From: Candidatus Omnitrophota bacterium
GTDB lineage: Bacteria > Omnitrophota > Gorgyraeia > Gygaellales > Profunditerraquicolaceae
Direction: 5' to 3'
Assembly (NCBI GenBank): GCA_035402765.1
Contig: DAONDX010000003.1
Coordinates: 50,682-114,681 of the forward strand
Length of the DNA stretch: 64,000 nt
Shown: positions 26,498 through 35,646 of the stretch, in pieces
Layout: each line of letters starts with the position of its first letter
Numbering within the stretch: the stretch's first letter is position 1
Notes under the pieces: model-generated
Seen by the model: only the letters and a program-made list of their open reading frames with translations
Told to the model about the DNA's origin: nothing
The model's database searches: none
Made by a program: the position numbers and the translations under genes

Positions 26498-27921
26498 CTA
26501 AGCCTCCGTCTGATTATTTCACCGACTACTTTGGGATTAGCTTTACCTGCGCTTTTTTTCATAACCTGGCCGACTAAATACATCAGCGCATTAGTTTTTC
26601 CTGCTTTAAAATCATCTACGGATTTTACATTTTCCCGGATTACCGTTTCAATCACTGCAGCCAGCTCCTCGGTATTGGATATCTGTTGTAAGTTACCCTC
26701 CTTGATTAAAGCTTGAGCGGTTTTTCCGTTATCAATCATTTGGCTTAATACGTTCTTGGCTGAAAGATGGGAAATATCCTGCCTCTGAACAAAACCGATC
26801 AGGCTGATTAATTCTTTTTTATCAAGCTTAAGCTCATGCAATTTTACTTTTCTTAAATTAGCTTCGGATAATAACGGGCCAATGATCCAATTTGCCATTT
26901 CCTTTTTATCTTTACCCGGGTATTCCCGGATGCACTGTTCCGCAAAATCCGCATCATTTTTCGTGCTTACCAGGATCTTGGCATCAGCTTCAGTTAAACC
27001 GTATTCCTTAATGAAACGCTGCATTTTTTCCTGGGGCAATTCCGGCAGTTGCGTTTTTATCCCAGCGATCATCGCCTGGTCAATAATAAAAACTGTCAGA
27101 TCCGGATCCGGAAAATATCTATAGTCTTTTGCCCCTTCTTTGGTACGCATTGACACCGTAATTCCTTGTTCAACGTCCCAAAGCCGGGTTTCCTGAAGCA
27201 TGACTTCCTGCGTTTCCAGTAATTTAGTCTGACGCTGGACCTCAAAAGTTAAAGCATCCTTAACTCCTTTAAAAGAATTCATATTTTTTAATTCAGTTTT
27301 AACTCCCAGCTCTTTTGCTCCTTGAATCCTCAGAGAAATATTTGCGTCACAACGCAGGGAACCTTTTTCCATATCGCAATCCGAAACATCCAGATATTCG
27401 ATTATACTTTTTAAGCTTGTAAGATAATCAAAAGCCTCCTGAGGGCTGTTTAAATCCGGCTCGCTGACAATTTCTAATAAAGGAATGCCGGTGCGGTTAA
27501 AATCCACTAGGCTGGCTTGCGCTTCATGAATAAGCTTCCCGGCATCTTCTTCTAAATGCACCCGGGTAATCCCGATGCGCTTAGGAGTATCATTAGTGAA
27601 AATGTCTAAATAACCATTGCGCGATAAAGGCAGGTCATATTGCGAAATCTGGTAGTTCTTGGGCAGGTCCGGGTAAAAATAATTTTTTCGGTCAAATTTA
27701 GTATGCTCTTGGATCTGGCAATTAAACGCCAAAGCCAATTTAATCGCGGAATTTAAAGCTTCACGGTTATAAACCGGTAAAGATCCGGGAAAACCCAGGC
27801 ATACCGGGCAAACGTTAGAATTAGGCGCTTTTCCAAAATCCGTAGAGCAGCCGCAAAAAGCCTTAGTTTTGGTGTTAAGCTGCACATGAACCTCTAATCC
27901 AATGACGGTCTGATACTTCAA
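26494..27921 (-). CDS. gatB: Asp/Glu-tRNA amidotransferase subunit B
   Basis: IGLEVHVQL, RKNYFYPDLPK, HLEEDAGK and YRYFPDPD motifs; TTG start with GGAG SD. Confidence 0.97.
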   Translation of the reverse strand: MKYQTVIGLEVHVQLNTKTKAFCGCSTDFGKAPNSNVCPVCLGFPGSLPVYNREALNSAIKLALAFNCQIQEHTKFDRKNYFYPDLPKNYQISQYDLPLSRNGYLDIFTNDTPKRIGITRVHLEEDAGKLIHEAQASLVDFNRTGIPLLEIVSEPDLNSPQEAFDYLTSLKSIIEYLDVSDCDMEKGSLRCDANISLRIQGAKELGVKTELKNMNSFKGVKDALTFEVQRQTKLLETQEVMLQETRLWDVEQGITVSMRTKEGAKDYRYFPDPDLTVFIIDQAMIAGIKTQLPELPQEKMQRFIKEYGLTEADAKILVSTKNDADFAEQCIREYPGKDKKEMANWIIGPLLSEANLRKVKLHELKLDKKELISLIGFVQRQDISHLSAKNVLSQMIDNGKTAQALIKEGNLQQISNTEELAAVIETVIRENVKSVDDFKAGKTNALMYLVGQVMKKSAGKANPKVVGEIIRRRLS

Positions 27922-27961
27922 TTCCGCTCCTTTATTATATTGATTATTTAATCTTACAATC

Positions 27962-29395
27962 TTACAGTTTAGGTTTAATTTTATGCCAATCCGTATTCTG
28001 CTCGAAAGTATGCGCTACCCTAAAAAGCATTTCTTCATTAAAGGGTTTGGCCATGATCTGCAACCCCACGGGCAGGCCTTTCTTTGTAAATCCGCAGGGG
28101 ATAGAAATCGCCGGTATTCCTGCCAAGTTTACGGATATCGTATAAATATCCGAAAGATACATTTTTAAAGGATCCTGCGCCCGCTCGCCGATCTTAAAAG
28201 CAGGAGTAGGAGAAGTTGGGGCGACAATACAATCAAAATCCTGAAAAACTTTGTCAAAATCCTGTTTGATCAGAGTGCGCACCTTTAAAGCCCGTAGATA
28301 ATATGCATCGTAGTATCCGTGTGACAAAGCAAAAGTACCCAATAAAATCCTGCGTTTAGCCTCCGGGCCGAAACCTTGCGCGCGGGTCATTTTATACATC
28401 TGGATTAGGTTATCAGATGCTACCCGGTATCCGTATTGCACGCCATCAAATCTGGCTAAATTTGAGCTGGCTTCGGCGGTAGCAATAATATAGTAAACCG
28501 GCACAGCATATTCAGTATGCGGCAAAGACACCGGATCGGTAAAGGCGCCCAGAGTTTTAAGCTTATCAATCGCCTCTTCAATGATCGATTTAACTTCCGT
28601 ATCCAATCCGGCAACAAAATATTCTTTAGGAATACCGATTTTAAGGCCCTTGATATCTCCGGTCAGACTTTTAGTATAATCCGGAACTTCCTGATTTACT
28701 GAAGTGGAATCCCGGGGGTCATGCCCGCAGATAATTCCGGATAAAATTGCCGCATCTTGAACATCTTTAGTGATTGGCCCGATCTGATCAAGGCTGGAAG
28801 CAAAAGCAATTAAACCAAAGCGCGAAACCCGGCCATAAGTTGGTTTTAATCCGACTACCCCGCAAAAAGATGCCGGCTGACGGATCGAACCGCCGGTATC
28901 GCTCCCTAAAGCCCAAATCGCTTCATCGCTTGCTACAGCCGCGGCGCTTCCTCCGGAAGAGCCTCCGGGCACACATTCCAGATCCCAGGGATTATGCGTC
29001 GGGCCGAAATAAGAATTTTCACAAGAGGAACCAAAAGCAAACTCATCCATATTCGCTTTTAACGCAAAGATCGTGGCTCCGTTTTCTTTTAATTTGCTAA
29101 TTACCGTAGCATCATAAGGCGGACGAAAACCGCGCAGGATCTTAGAACAACATTCAGTAGTTAATCCTGCGGTACAAATATTATCTTTAATGGTAATGGG
29201 TAAGCCTTTAAGCAGACTTAACGCAGAAGGATTTGCGGCAGAATTTTCAACCTCCCCTACTCTGGCATAAGCCTTAACTTTAGGCTCAGTCTTATGAATC
29301 CGCTCTTGCAGCGAGAGCAAGATCTTTTCAGCAGACACTTCCTTATTTTTCAGCTTAGCCAATAATTCGTGAGCAGTAAATTGGTTTAATTCCAT
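27962..29395 (-). CDS. gatA: Asp/Glu-tRNA amidotransferase subunit A
   Basis: [17 protein letters not shown] and [13 protein letters not shown] amidase signature; likely start MELNQ. Confidence 0.97.
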   Translation of the reverse strand: MELNQFTAHELLAKLKNKEVSAEKILLSLQERIHKTEPKVKAYARVGEVENSAANPSALSLLKGLPITIKDNICTAGLTTECCSKILRGFRPPYDATVISKLKENGATIFALKANMDEFAFGSSCENSYFGPTHNPWDLECVPGGSSGGSAAAVASDEAIWALGSDTGGSIRQPASFCGVVGLKPTYGRVSRFGLIAFASSLDQIGPITKDVQDAAILSGIICGHDPRDSTSVNQEVPDYTKSLTGDIKGLKIGIPKEYFVAGLDTEVKSIIEEAIDKLKTLGAFTDPVSLPHTEYAVPVYYIIATAEASSNLARFDGVQYGYRVASDNLIQMYKMTRAQGFGPEAKRRILLGTFALSHGYYDAYYLRALKVRTLIKQDFDKVFQDFDCIVAPTSPTPAFKIGERAQDPLKMYLSDIYTISVNLAGIPAISIPCGFTKKGLPVGLQIMAKPFNEEMLFRVAHTFEQNTDWHKIKPKL

Positions 29396-29397
29396 AA

Positions 29398-29685
29398 TTA
29401 TTCTAATATTTTGGGAACACAAAAGAAGTTGCCCTTTTTATCGGGGGCATTATCTAAAGCCATTTCCGGGGTCAGAGAAACCTGGGGCTTATCCTCCCGC
29501 AGCACATTACTAATGGGTAAAATATGGCTGGCAGGCTTAACTTGATCGACATCCAAAGCGCTGAGTTTATCTATAAAATCCAAAATCTTTTGCAATTCTT
29601 CCGACAGTTTCTCTAACTCACTTGGCTGCAGATCGATACGCGCTAAATGCGCGACATGTTTAATTGTTTCTTTATCTAACGACAT
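29398..29685 (-). CDS. gatC: Asp/Glu-tRNA amidotransferase subunit C
   Basis: [17 protein letters not shown] and FFCVPKI motifs; gatCAB order. Confidence 0.95.
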   Translation of the reverse strand: MSLDKETIKHVAHLARIDLQPSELEKLSEELQKILDFIDKLSALDVDQVKPASHILPISNVLREDKPQVSLTPEMALDNAPDKKGNFFCVPKILE

Positions 29686-29705
29686 TTTCCCTCCAGAATT
29701 TATTT

Positions 29706-29734
29706 ATTCTAACATTTTTCTTTTTAAAAGTCAA
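29706..29734 (-). promoter_or_regulatory. Putative sigma70 promoter of gatCAB
   Basis: Minus strand TTGACT-N17-TAGAAT. Confidence 0.6.
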
Positions 29735-29756
29735 CATTACTGCCCATCCATATGAG

Positions 29757-29784
29757 TTGACAAATTCTTAAAAATGTGTAAAAT
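29757..29784 (+). promoter_or_regulatory. Putative sigma70 promoter of the phosphorylase gene
   Basis: TTGACA-N16-TAAAAT, divergent from the gatC promoter. Confidence 0.6.
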
Positions 29785-29809
29785 ACTTTTAATTAACTTT
29801 AAATAAAAA

Positions 29810-32800
29810 ATGAGCGCCACGCCGACTAAAGCTAAGTATTATTTAAACAAGCAAGGTGAATTTGTAATTCAAAATTACAATTACGCCAAGCCATTCGCTA
29901 ATTTCTTCCCGGGAATCGCCGGAAAATTCGGCATCCCGATGTGGGTTTTCTATGTTAACCGCGGGCAGTGTGTCTGCAGCTTCGGTACCAAAGATAAAGA
30001 CCGCGCCATCCTGGAGTTTTTCCCGGCGAATAAAGCCTGGGAATTAACTTCTTCCCTGGGTTTCCGCACTTTCTACAAAATTAAAAACGCCAAGTCCAAA
30101 CCAATCTATTATGAACCATTCCATAACGGCTACAGCAATCTAAAATATCAAATTACCAATTCCATGCGGATCGGTTCTGCCGAGTTGATCCTGGAAGAAG
30201 AAAATCGCTCCCTAGGCATTAAAACCCTGGTTAAATATTTTAATATTCCTAACGATACCTTTGCCGGCCTAAGCCGGATTGTCTGCGTAGAAAATACCGG
30301 ACATAAACTTAAATCCCTCCAGATGATTGACGGATTACCCCAAATCATCCCTTTCGGCACAAATAATTTTTTCCTTAAAAAACTCGGACGCACCATTGAA
30401 GCCTGGATGAAAATAGTTAACCTGGAGAATTCTGTCCCTTTTTATAAACTTGAAGTTGACCCGGCTGACCGGCCGGAAGTCGTCCATATTAACGATGGCA
30501 ATTTTTATCTGGGTTTCCATTTCAAAAACCAAAAGCTTCAACTACTTAAACCCATTGTCGATCCGCAAGCTGTTTTTGGAGCGGTAACCGATTTTTCTTA
30601 TCCGGCCGAGTTTTTAGCTAAACCAAAATTTTCATATCCGGCCGAACAGCTAATCCAGGGTAAAACCCCCAGCGCCCTGCTTTTGATGGATCTGGAGCTC
30701 AAGCCCGCTGAACAAAAAATCTTTTATTCAGTTATTGGCCAGGCCCGCGACAGTAAAACCCTGAATAATTCGGTTAAAAGAATCATCGTACCCGGCTATC
30801 TAGATGATAAAATGCGCCAAAACCGGGAATTGATCGAAAAATTAAAAGCTGATATAGCAACTAAAAGCAGCTCTGCCGAATTTGATTTATACGCCGGGCA
30901 AACCTACTTGGATAATATTATGCGCGGCGGATACCCGGAAGTTTTTAAATCCGGATCGGTAGTCTATCTTTATTCTCGTAAACACGGCGATTTAGAACGT
31001 GACTACAATAAGTTTCAGCTACAACCTACCTACCTTTCTCAAGGCAATGGCAACTACCGGGACGCTAACCAAAACCGGCGTAGCGATATCTGGTTCAACC
31101 CGGATATACAAGATGAAAATATTATTTCTTTCATGAATTTAATCCAAGCTGACGGCTTTAATCCTCTGGTAGTAAAACCGGAAAGTTTCCTTATTAAAGA
31201 AAGCGCGGATTTACAAAAACTACTGGAAAACGTAGCTAAACAAGAGGATCTTGACCGGTTGGGCCATTTTTTAAAAAAACCTTTTACTCCCGGAGAACTT
31301 ATCTTTTTCATTGAGGAAAATAAAATTTTGCTCAACACCTCCTATGATATTTTTCTGGATCTGATCCTCTCGGCTTCCTTAAAAACCCAGGAAGCCGAGC
31401 ACGGTGAAGGTTTCTGGACGGATCATTGGGCTTATAATTTAGATTTAATCGACAGCTACCTGGGTGTGTATCCGGAAAAAGCTAACACGCTGTTTTTCGG
31501 AAGAAAAATTTTCTCATTCTTTGATAACGCCGAAATTGTCAGGCCCCGGAGTGAAAAATATGTTCTTTATAACGGGCAACCGCGCCAGCTGCATTCCCTT
31601 ATGCTGGATAATAACAAAAAGGAAATGCTGCGTAAGCGGCTGGCTGACCCGCATTCTTTAAGGACGCTTCACGGAGAAGGCCCGGTCCATTACACGACGC
31701 TAACCGCTAAACTTTTGTGCCTGGCGGCAAATAAACTCGCCTCTCTGGATGCATCCGGAGTTGGCATTGAGATGGAAGCCAATAAACCTAACTGGTTCGA
31801 TTCGCTTAACGGCCTGCCTGCCCTCTTTGGCTCATCAATCTGCGAAACCTTTGAATTAAAACGCCTGCTTATAACGATAAAACAGGCGCTAGAAAAATCC
31901 CCGGTAAAAGAAATTGAGATGGCCGAAGAAATAGCTAAATTTATTGAACAACTTAGCGGCCTGTTTGCGGAAGAAACTTTTTCTTATTGGGACAAAAGCA
32001 ACACCGTCAAAGAAAATTACCGCTATAATATCCGCCTGGGGTTTTCCGGGACCCTGACCAATGTCCCGGTGAATAAACTGCTTGATTTCCTGAAATGCGG
32101 CCTGGAAAAAGTGGAGACCGGCTTAACTAAAGCATTTGATAAAACTAAACACGTTTATAATTCGTATTTTATCAATGAGGTTTCCGATTATAGTATTGTA
32201 AAAGATCACTACATAAAACCGCTTAAATTTACCCAAAAACCTGCTCCGTTATTCCTGGAAGGTCAAATGCATGCTTTAAGGCTTACTTCCGGAGGCCAAC
32301 AAAGTTTAGATCTATACCAAGCGACTAAACAAAGCGCGCTTTTTGATAAAAAACTAAAAATGTATAAAGTAACCGCCCCGCTTGGCGCCATGCCGGAAGA
32401 GATCGGCAGATGCAGGGCATTTAGCCCCGGATGGTTAGAAAATGAATCAATTTGGCTGCATATGGAATACAAGTATATTCTGGAGATGCTTAAAACCGGT
32501 CTCCATGAGGAATTTTACGCCGAATTTAAAAATGTGCTCATTCCTTTTCTAGACCCGAAAATTTACGGCCGTAGCATATTAGAAAACTCTTCTTTTCTGG
32601 TCAGCAGCGCATTCCCTGACAAAAGATTGCATGGAAACGGATACGTAGCCAGGTTATCCGGGTCAACCGCAGAATTTATACATATCTGGTTGATCATGAA
32701 CTGCGGGGCTTCTCCTTTTTCATTGGATGAATCCGGCCGGCTGAATTTAACTTTTAAACCATGCTTAGCGGGATGGCTATTCAATAAAAATGGCGAATAT

Positions 32801-33007
32801 GTTTTTAATTTCTTAAGTCAAATTCAAATAACCTACCATAACCCTAAAAGAAAGAATACCTACGGCAAGAATTCCGCCAAAATCCGTAAAATCATCCTCC
32901 AAAATAAAAACCAATCCCAAGAGATAAATTCCACGGTCATACCTGCGCCTTATGCTGAAGCAATCAGGTCGCGTCAAATCAATAAGATTGACATCTATCT
33001 GGATTAA
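29810..33007 (+). CDS. Large glycoside phosphorylase, probably GH161-like (beta-1,3-glucan phosphorylase; GH94/GH149 relatives)
   Basis: PMWVFYVNRGQ, YSRKHGDLERDYN, SQGNGNYRDANQNRR, EGFWTDHW, WFDSLNGLP, GWLENESIWLHMEYKY and ARLSGSTAEF, recalled as typical of this family; no signal peptide. Confidence 0.7.
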   Translation: MSATPTKAKYYLNKQGEFVIQNYNYAKPFANFFPGIAGKFGIPMWVFYVNRGQCVCSFGTKDKDRAILEFFPANKAWELTSSLGFRTFYKIKNAKSKPIYYEPFHNGYSNLKYQITNSMRIGSAELILEEENRSLGIKTLVKYFNIPNDTFAGLSRIVCVENTGHKLKSLQMIDGLPQIIPFGTNNFFLKKLGRTIEAWMKIVNLENSVPFYKLEVDPADRPEVVHINDGNFYLGFHFKNQKLQLLKPIVDPQAVFGAVTDFSYPAEFLAKPKFSYPAEQLIQGKTPSALLLMDLELKPAEQKIFYSVIGQARDSKTLNNSVKRIIVPGYLDDKMRQNRELIEKLKADIATKSSSAEFDLYAGQTYLDNIMRGGYPEVFKSGSVVYLYSRKHGDLERDYNKFQLQPTYLSQGNGNYRDANQNRRSDIWFNPDIQDENIISFMNLIQADGFNPLVVKPESFLIKESADLQKLLENVAKQEDLDRLGHFLKKPFTPGELIFFIEENKILLNTSYDIFLDLILSASLKTQEAEHGEGFWTDHWAYNLDLIDSYLGVYPEKANTLFFGRKIFSFFDNAEIVRPRSEKYVLYNGQPRQLHSLMLDNNKKEMLRKRLADPHSLRTLHGEGPVHYTTLTAKLLCLAANKLASLDASGVGIEMEANKPNWFDSLNGLPALFGSSICETFELKRLLITIKQALEKSPVKEIEMAEEIAKFIEQLSGLFAEETFSYWDKSNTVKENYRYNIRLGFSGTLTNVPVNKLLDFLKCGLEKVETGLTKAFDKTKHVYNSYFINEVSDYSIVKDHYIKPLKFTQKPAPLFLEGQMHALRLTSGGQQSLDLYQATKQSALFDKKLKMYKVTAPLGAMPEEIGRCRAFSPGWLENESIWLHMEYKYILEMLKTGLHEEFYAEFKNVLIPFLDPKIYGRSILENSSFLVSSAFPDKRLHGNGYVARLSGSTAEFIHIWLIMNCGASPFSLDESGRLNLTFKPCLAGWLFNKNGEYVFNFLSQIQITYHNPKRKNTYGKNSAKIRKIILQNKNQSQEINSTVIPAPYAEAIRSRQINKIDIYLD

Positions 33008-33030
33008 ATACCAGCCTTTGGATCAACTAA

Positions 33031-33058
33031 AAAAGCCAGGCTAAAAAATTGCCTGGCT
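33031..33058. terminator. Putative intrinsic terminator between convergent genes
   Basis: AGCCAGGC/GCCTGGCT stem preceded by an A run (U tract on the minus strand). Confidence 0.55.
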
Positions 33059-33086
33059 GGCCTTAACTAAGCTTAAATAACTACCG

Positions 33087-33425
33087 CTAACCGATTTGTT
33101 CGCTTATCTTTATAGTCGAGGTAAGGTTAACGTTTAAAGTATGCACAAATAAAATCTGAAAAAAGTTTCCCTGATTAACCGCTAGAATACTCCCCTTAAC
33201 TTTGCAAAAGAAATGCTCCCGTTTTTCCTTGGTATTCTTTTCCTTAATAACATATAAATACGGCTGCGGGTTAACCAACTGATCGGCTTTAATAGGCCTG
33301 ATGATATAAGCAAAATGCCGGCGCACTACGCTATGCACTCCTTCTTTATCAGCAATCTCGGAAGTGGCGATAATCTTACGTCCCCGGTCAGAAAAAGTCA
33401 AATTTTTATAAAGTAGATCTCTCAT
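33087..33425 (-). CDS. Hypothetical protein (112 aa)
   Basis: ATG with GGAG SD; fills the gap between neighbours; no motif recognised. Confidence 0.65.
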   Translation of the reverse strand: MRDLLYKNLTFSDRGRKIIATSEIADKEGVHSVVRRHFAYIIRPIKADQLVNPQPYLYVIKEKNTKEKREHFFCKVKGSILAVNQGNFFQILFVHTLNVNLTSTIKISEQIG

Positions 33426-33537
33426 CTGGCTCCTGCTTTTACCAAACCTTTAATAAAATAACCGATTTCTAATAAAGTATGCAAGCCAGCTGAGGTTAAA
33501 TCAATACAATTTCACCTTAAAAAGAAAGCGCTTCCTC

Positions 33538-33724
33538 GTCCACCTGGACGACACCAACGCAATACCACTTAGCGTTGGGTGTATTGTCTACCTAGACGAC
33601 ACCAACGCAATACCCCTTAGCGTTGGGTGTATTGTCTACCTAGACGACACCAACGCAATACCGCTTAGCGTTGGGTGTATTGTCTACCTAGACGACACCA
33701 ACGCAATACCGCTTAGCGTTGGGT
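33538..33724. repeat. 48-bp tandem repeat x~4 of a hairpin plus GTCTACCTAGAC unit
   Basis: Unit GTCYACCTRGACGACACCAACGCAATACCNCTTAGCGTTGGGTGTATT starting at 33538, 33586, 33634 and 33682. Confidence 0.95.
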
Positions 33725-33820
33725 ATGCCCCTACCCTTGGCAGATAACGCCGATTTAAAATTCACTAGCGAAAGCGGCAGCCTTGCCATTAAACGGGTCT
33801 AATTAGATTTAAAGGAGAAA

Positions 33821-34462
33821 TTATTTTTCTGACTTTTTAAAATAAAGGCGAGATTCTTTACCTTGGAATATTCTAACCAGATTGGATTTATGACGAAACA
33901 CAACAAAAATAGAAAGCAATAAGCTTAGATAAACAAACATCGGGGATTGTTTCAGAAAAAACGAAGCCGCCGGGAAAGCGATTGCGCTGCAGATGGAAGC
34001 CAAAGAAACCATTCTAAAAGCAAAAAAAACAATAAACCAAACTAAGATTAATATTCCGATCACAAAATTTAGACCGGCAACTTTCAGGGATAATCCGATT
34101 AAAACACCAAAAGTAGTAGCAATCCCCTTACCGCCTTTAAACTGCAGAAATATCGTCCAGTTATGGCCGCAAATACAAAACAGGCCCATAAGTATACATA
34201 AATTCTGGTTTGATAACAATGTTACCTTATCCGCAAAATAACTGCCCAAAACAACCACTGTCACGAATCCTTTAATTATATCCAAAAGTAGAACGGTGAT
34301 CCCTGCTTTACGGCCCAAAACCCGCAAAGCATTAGTCGCCCCCACATTGCCGGAACCGACTTTACGGATATCCACTCCCTTAAGGGCTTTGCCGAAAAGA
34401 TAGGCCGTGGGAATAGAACCGATAAGATAACTAATTATTAACGCGATAAATATCAGAACCAT
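33821..34462 (-). CDS. plsY: Glycerol-3-phosphate acyltransferase PlsY
   Basis: YLIGSIP, GSGNVGATN, GH, FKGGKGIAT and RHKSN motifs. Confidence 0.96.
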   Translation of the reverse strand: MVLIFIALIISYLIGSIPTAYLFGKALKGVDIRKVGSGNVGATNALRVLGRKAGITVLLLDIIKGFVTVVVLGSYFADKVTLLSNQNLCILMGLFCICGHNWTIFLQFKGGKGIATTFGVLIGLSLKVAGLNFVIGILILVWFIVFFAFRMVSLASICSAIAFPAASFFLKQSPMFVYLSLLLSIFVVFRHKSNLVRIFQGKESRLYFKKSEK

Positions 34463-34994
34463 ATAAAATCTTAAATCCTTTCCTCACATAATCTGCACCG
34501 GAAATAACCGTAAAGATCACCGCTGGCCACCAAATTAAAAGCGACAGCTTCCATTGTAACAAAACGCTGATTACTGAAAGCATTTGAAAAGTAGTAGTCA
34601 ATTTACCCCAGCGGGTAGGATAGACTTCCAAATTCTGCTTAACCATATAAATAACCACGGCGCCGATGATAATAATCAAATCTCTGGAAATCACAATAAA
34701 ACTTACCCACAGCGGGAAAGTTAATTCCAAACGGCAAGCCGGAGATAAAAATATAAAAGCGCTCATCAATAAAAGCTTATCCCCTAAAGGATCTAAAATT
34801 AATCCGGCTTGTGACTGCATCTTGGCTTTTCTGGCGACATAACCATCTAAACCGTCGGAAATAACACCGAAAATAAATATCGCTAAAGCTACATTCTTTA
34901 AGTACGCACTTTCCGGAGTGCAATATAATAAAGCGGCAATAAAAAAAGGAACGCTTAAAATACGTAGGGTTGAAATTTTATTAGCGATATTCAT
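34431..34994 (-). CDS. pgsA: CDP-alcohol phosphatidyltransferase (PgsA)
   Basis: NKISTLR and DGLDGYVAR...GLILDPLGDK motifs. Confidence 0.9.
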   Translation of the reverse strand: MNIANKISTLRILSVPFFIAALLYCTPESAYLKNVALAIFIFGVISDGLDGYVARKAKMQSQAGLILDPLGDKLLLMSAFIFLSPACRLELTFPLWVSFIVISRDLIIIIGAVVIYMVKQNLEVYPTRWGKLTTTFQMLSVISVLLQWKLSLLIWWPAVIFTVISGADYVRKGFKILYGSDIYRVNN

Positions 34995-35070
34995 TAAGCG
35001 GCTGCTCCTGATTACTTAACTTGTAAAACACACCTGTCTTTAGTAATAAAATACTTAGCCGGTGCGAAAT

Positions 35071-35646
35071 TTATTTGATGATCCTGATACGCTGCGGCGG
35101 CCAATAGATGATCATCGCCTGGCCCAATAAATTATTTTTGGGTACAAACCCCCAATACCGGCTATCTTTAGAAGTAGCGGAATTATCGCCTAGAACAAAA
35201 TAGCTATCCGGTGGTACCACCAATTTTTCACCCGATGCAGCCAACTGTCCTTGATTATAATAATAGATCTGGTTAAAGATTGCCTCCGGAGCAGGCTTGT
35301 TATTAATATAGATTGAACCGCCTTTGATCTGGATTACATCTCCGGGAAGGCCGACCAGCCTTTTAATGAAATCTTTACTTTTATCTTCCGGGTAAATAAA
35401 AACAATCACATCCCCTCTTTTAGGCTCATGCAGCGCCGGCAACCTGAAACCGGTAAAAGGAACTTTAGCCCCATAAACAAATTTATTCACTAAAATCAGG
35501 TCGCCTTCGATCAAAGTCATACGCATTGACCCGGTAGGGATCTTAAAAGCCTGGACCAGAAACGCCCGGATCACTAAAGCCAGAAAAAAAGCGATGATAA
35601 TTGATTCGACCCAATCTCGAATTACGGATTTATTTTTCGAACTCAT
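35071..35646 (-). CDS. lepB: Signal peptidase I
   Basis: IPTGSM, FIKRLVGLPGD and GDN...SKDSRYWG motifs. Confidence 0.96.
   Translation of the reverse strand: MSSKNKSVIRDWVESIIIAFFLALVIRAFLVQAFKIPTGSMRMTLIEGDLILVNKFVYGAKVPFTGFRLPALHEPKRGDVIVFIYPEDKSKDFIKRLVGLPGDVIQIKGGSIYINNKPAPEAIFNQIYYYNQGQLAASGEKLVVPPDSYFVLGDNSATSKDSRYWGFVPKNNLLGQAMIIYWPPQRIRIIK

Noticed and set aside
33538-33724. Possible CRISPR array
   Set aside because: The whole 48-bp unit repeats with no unique spacers, and no cas genes are in the window.
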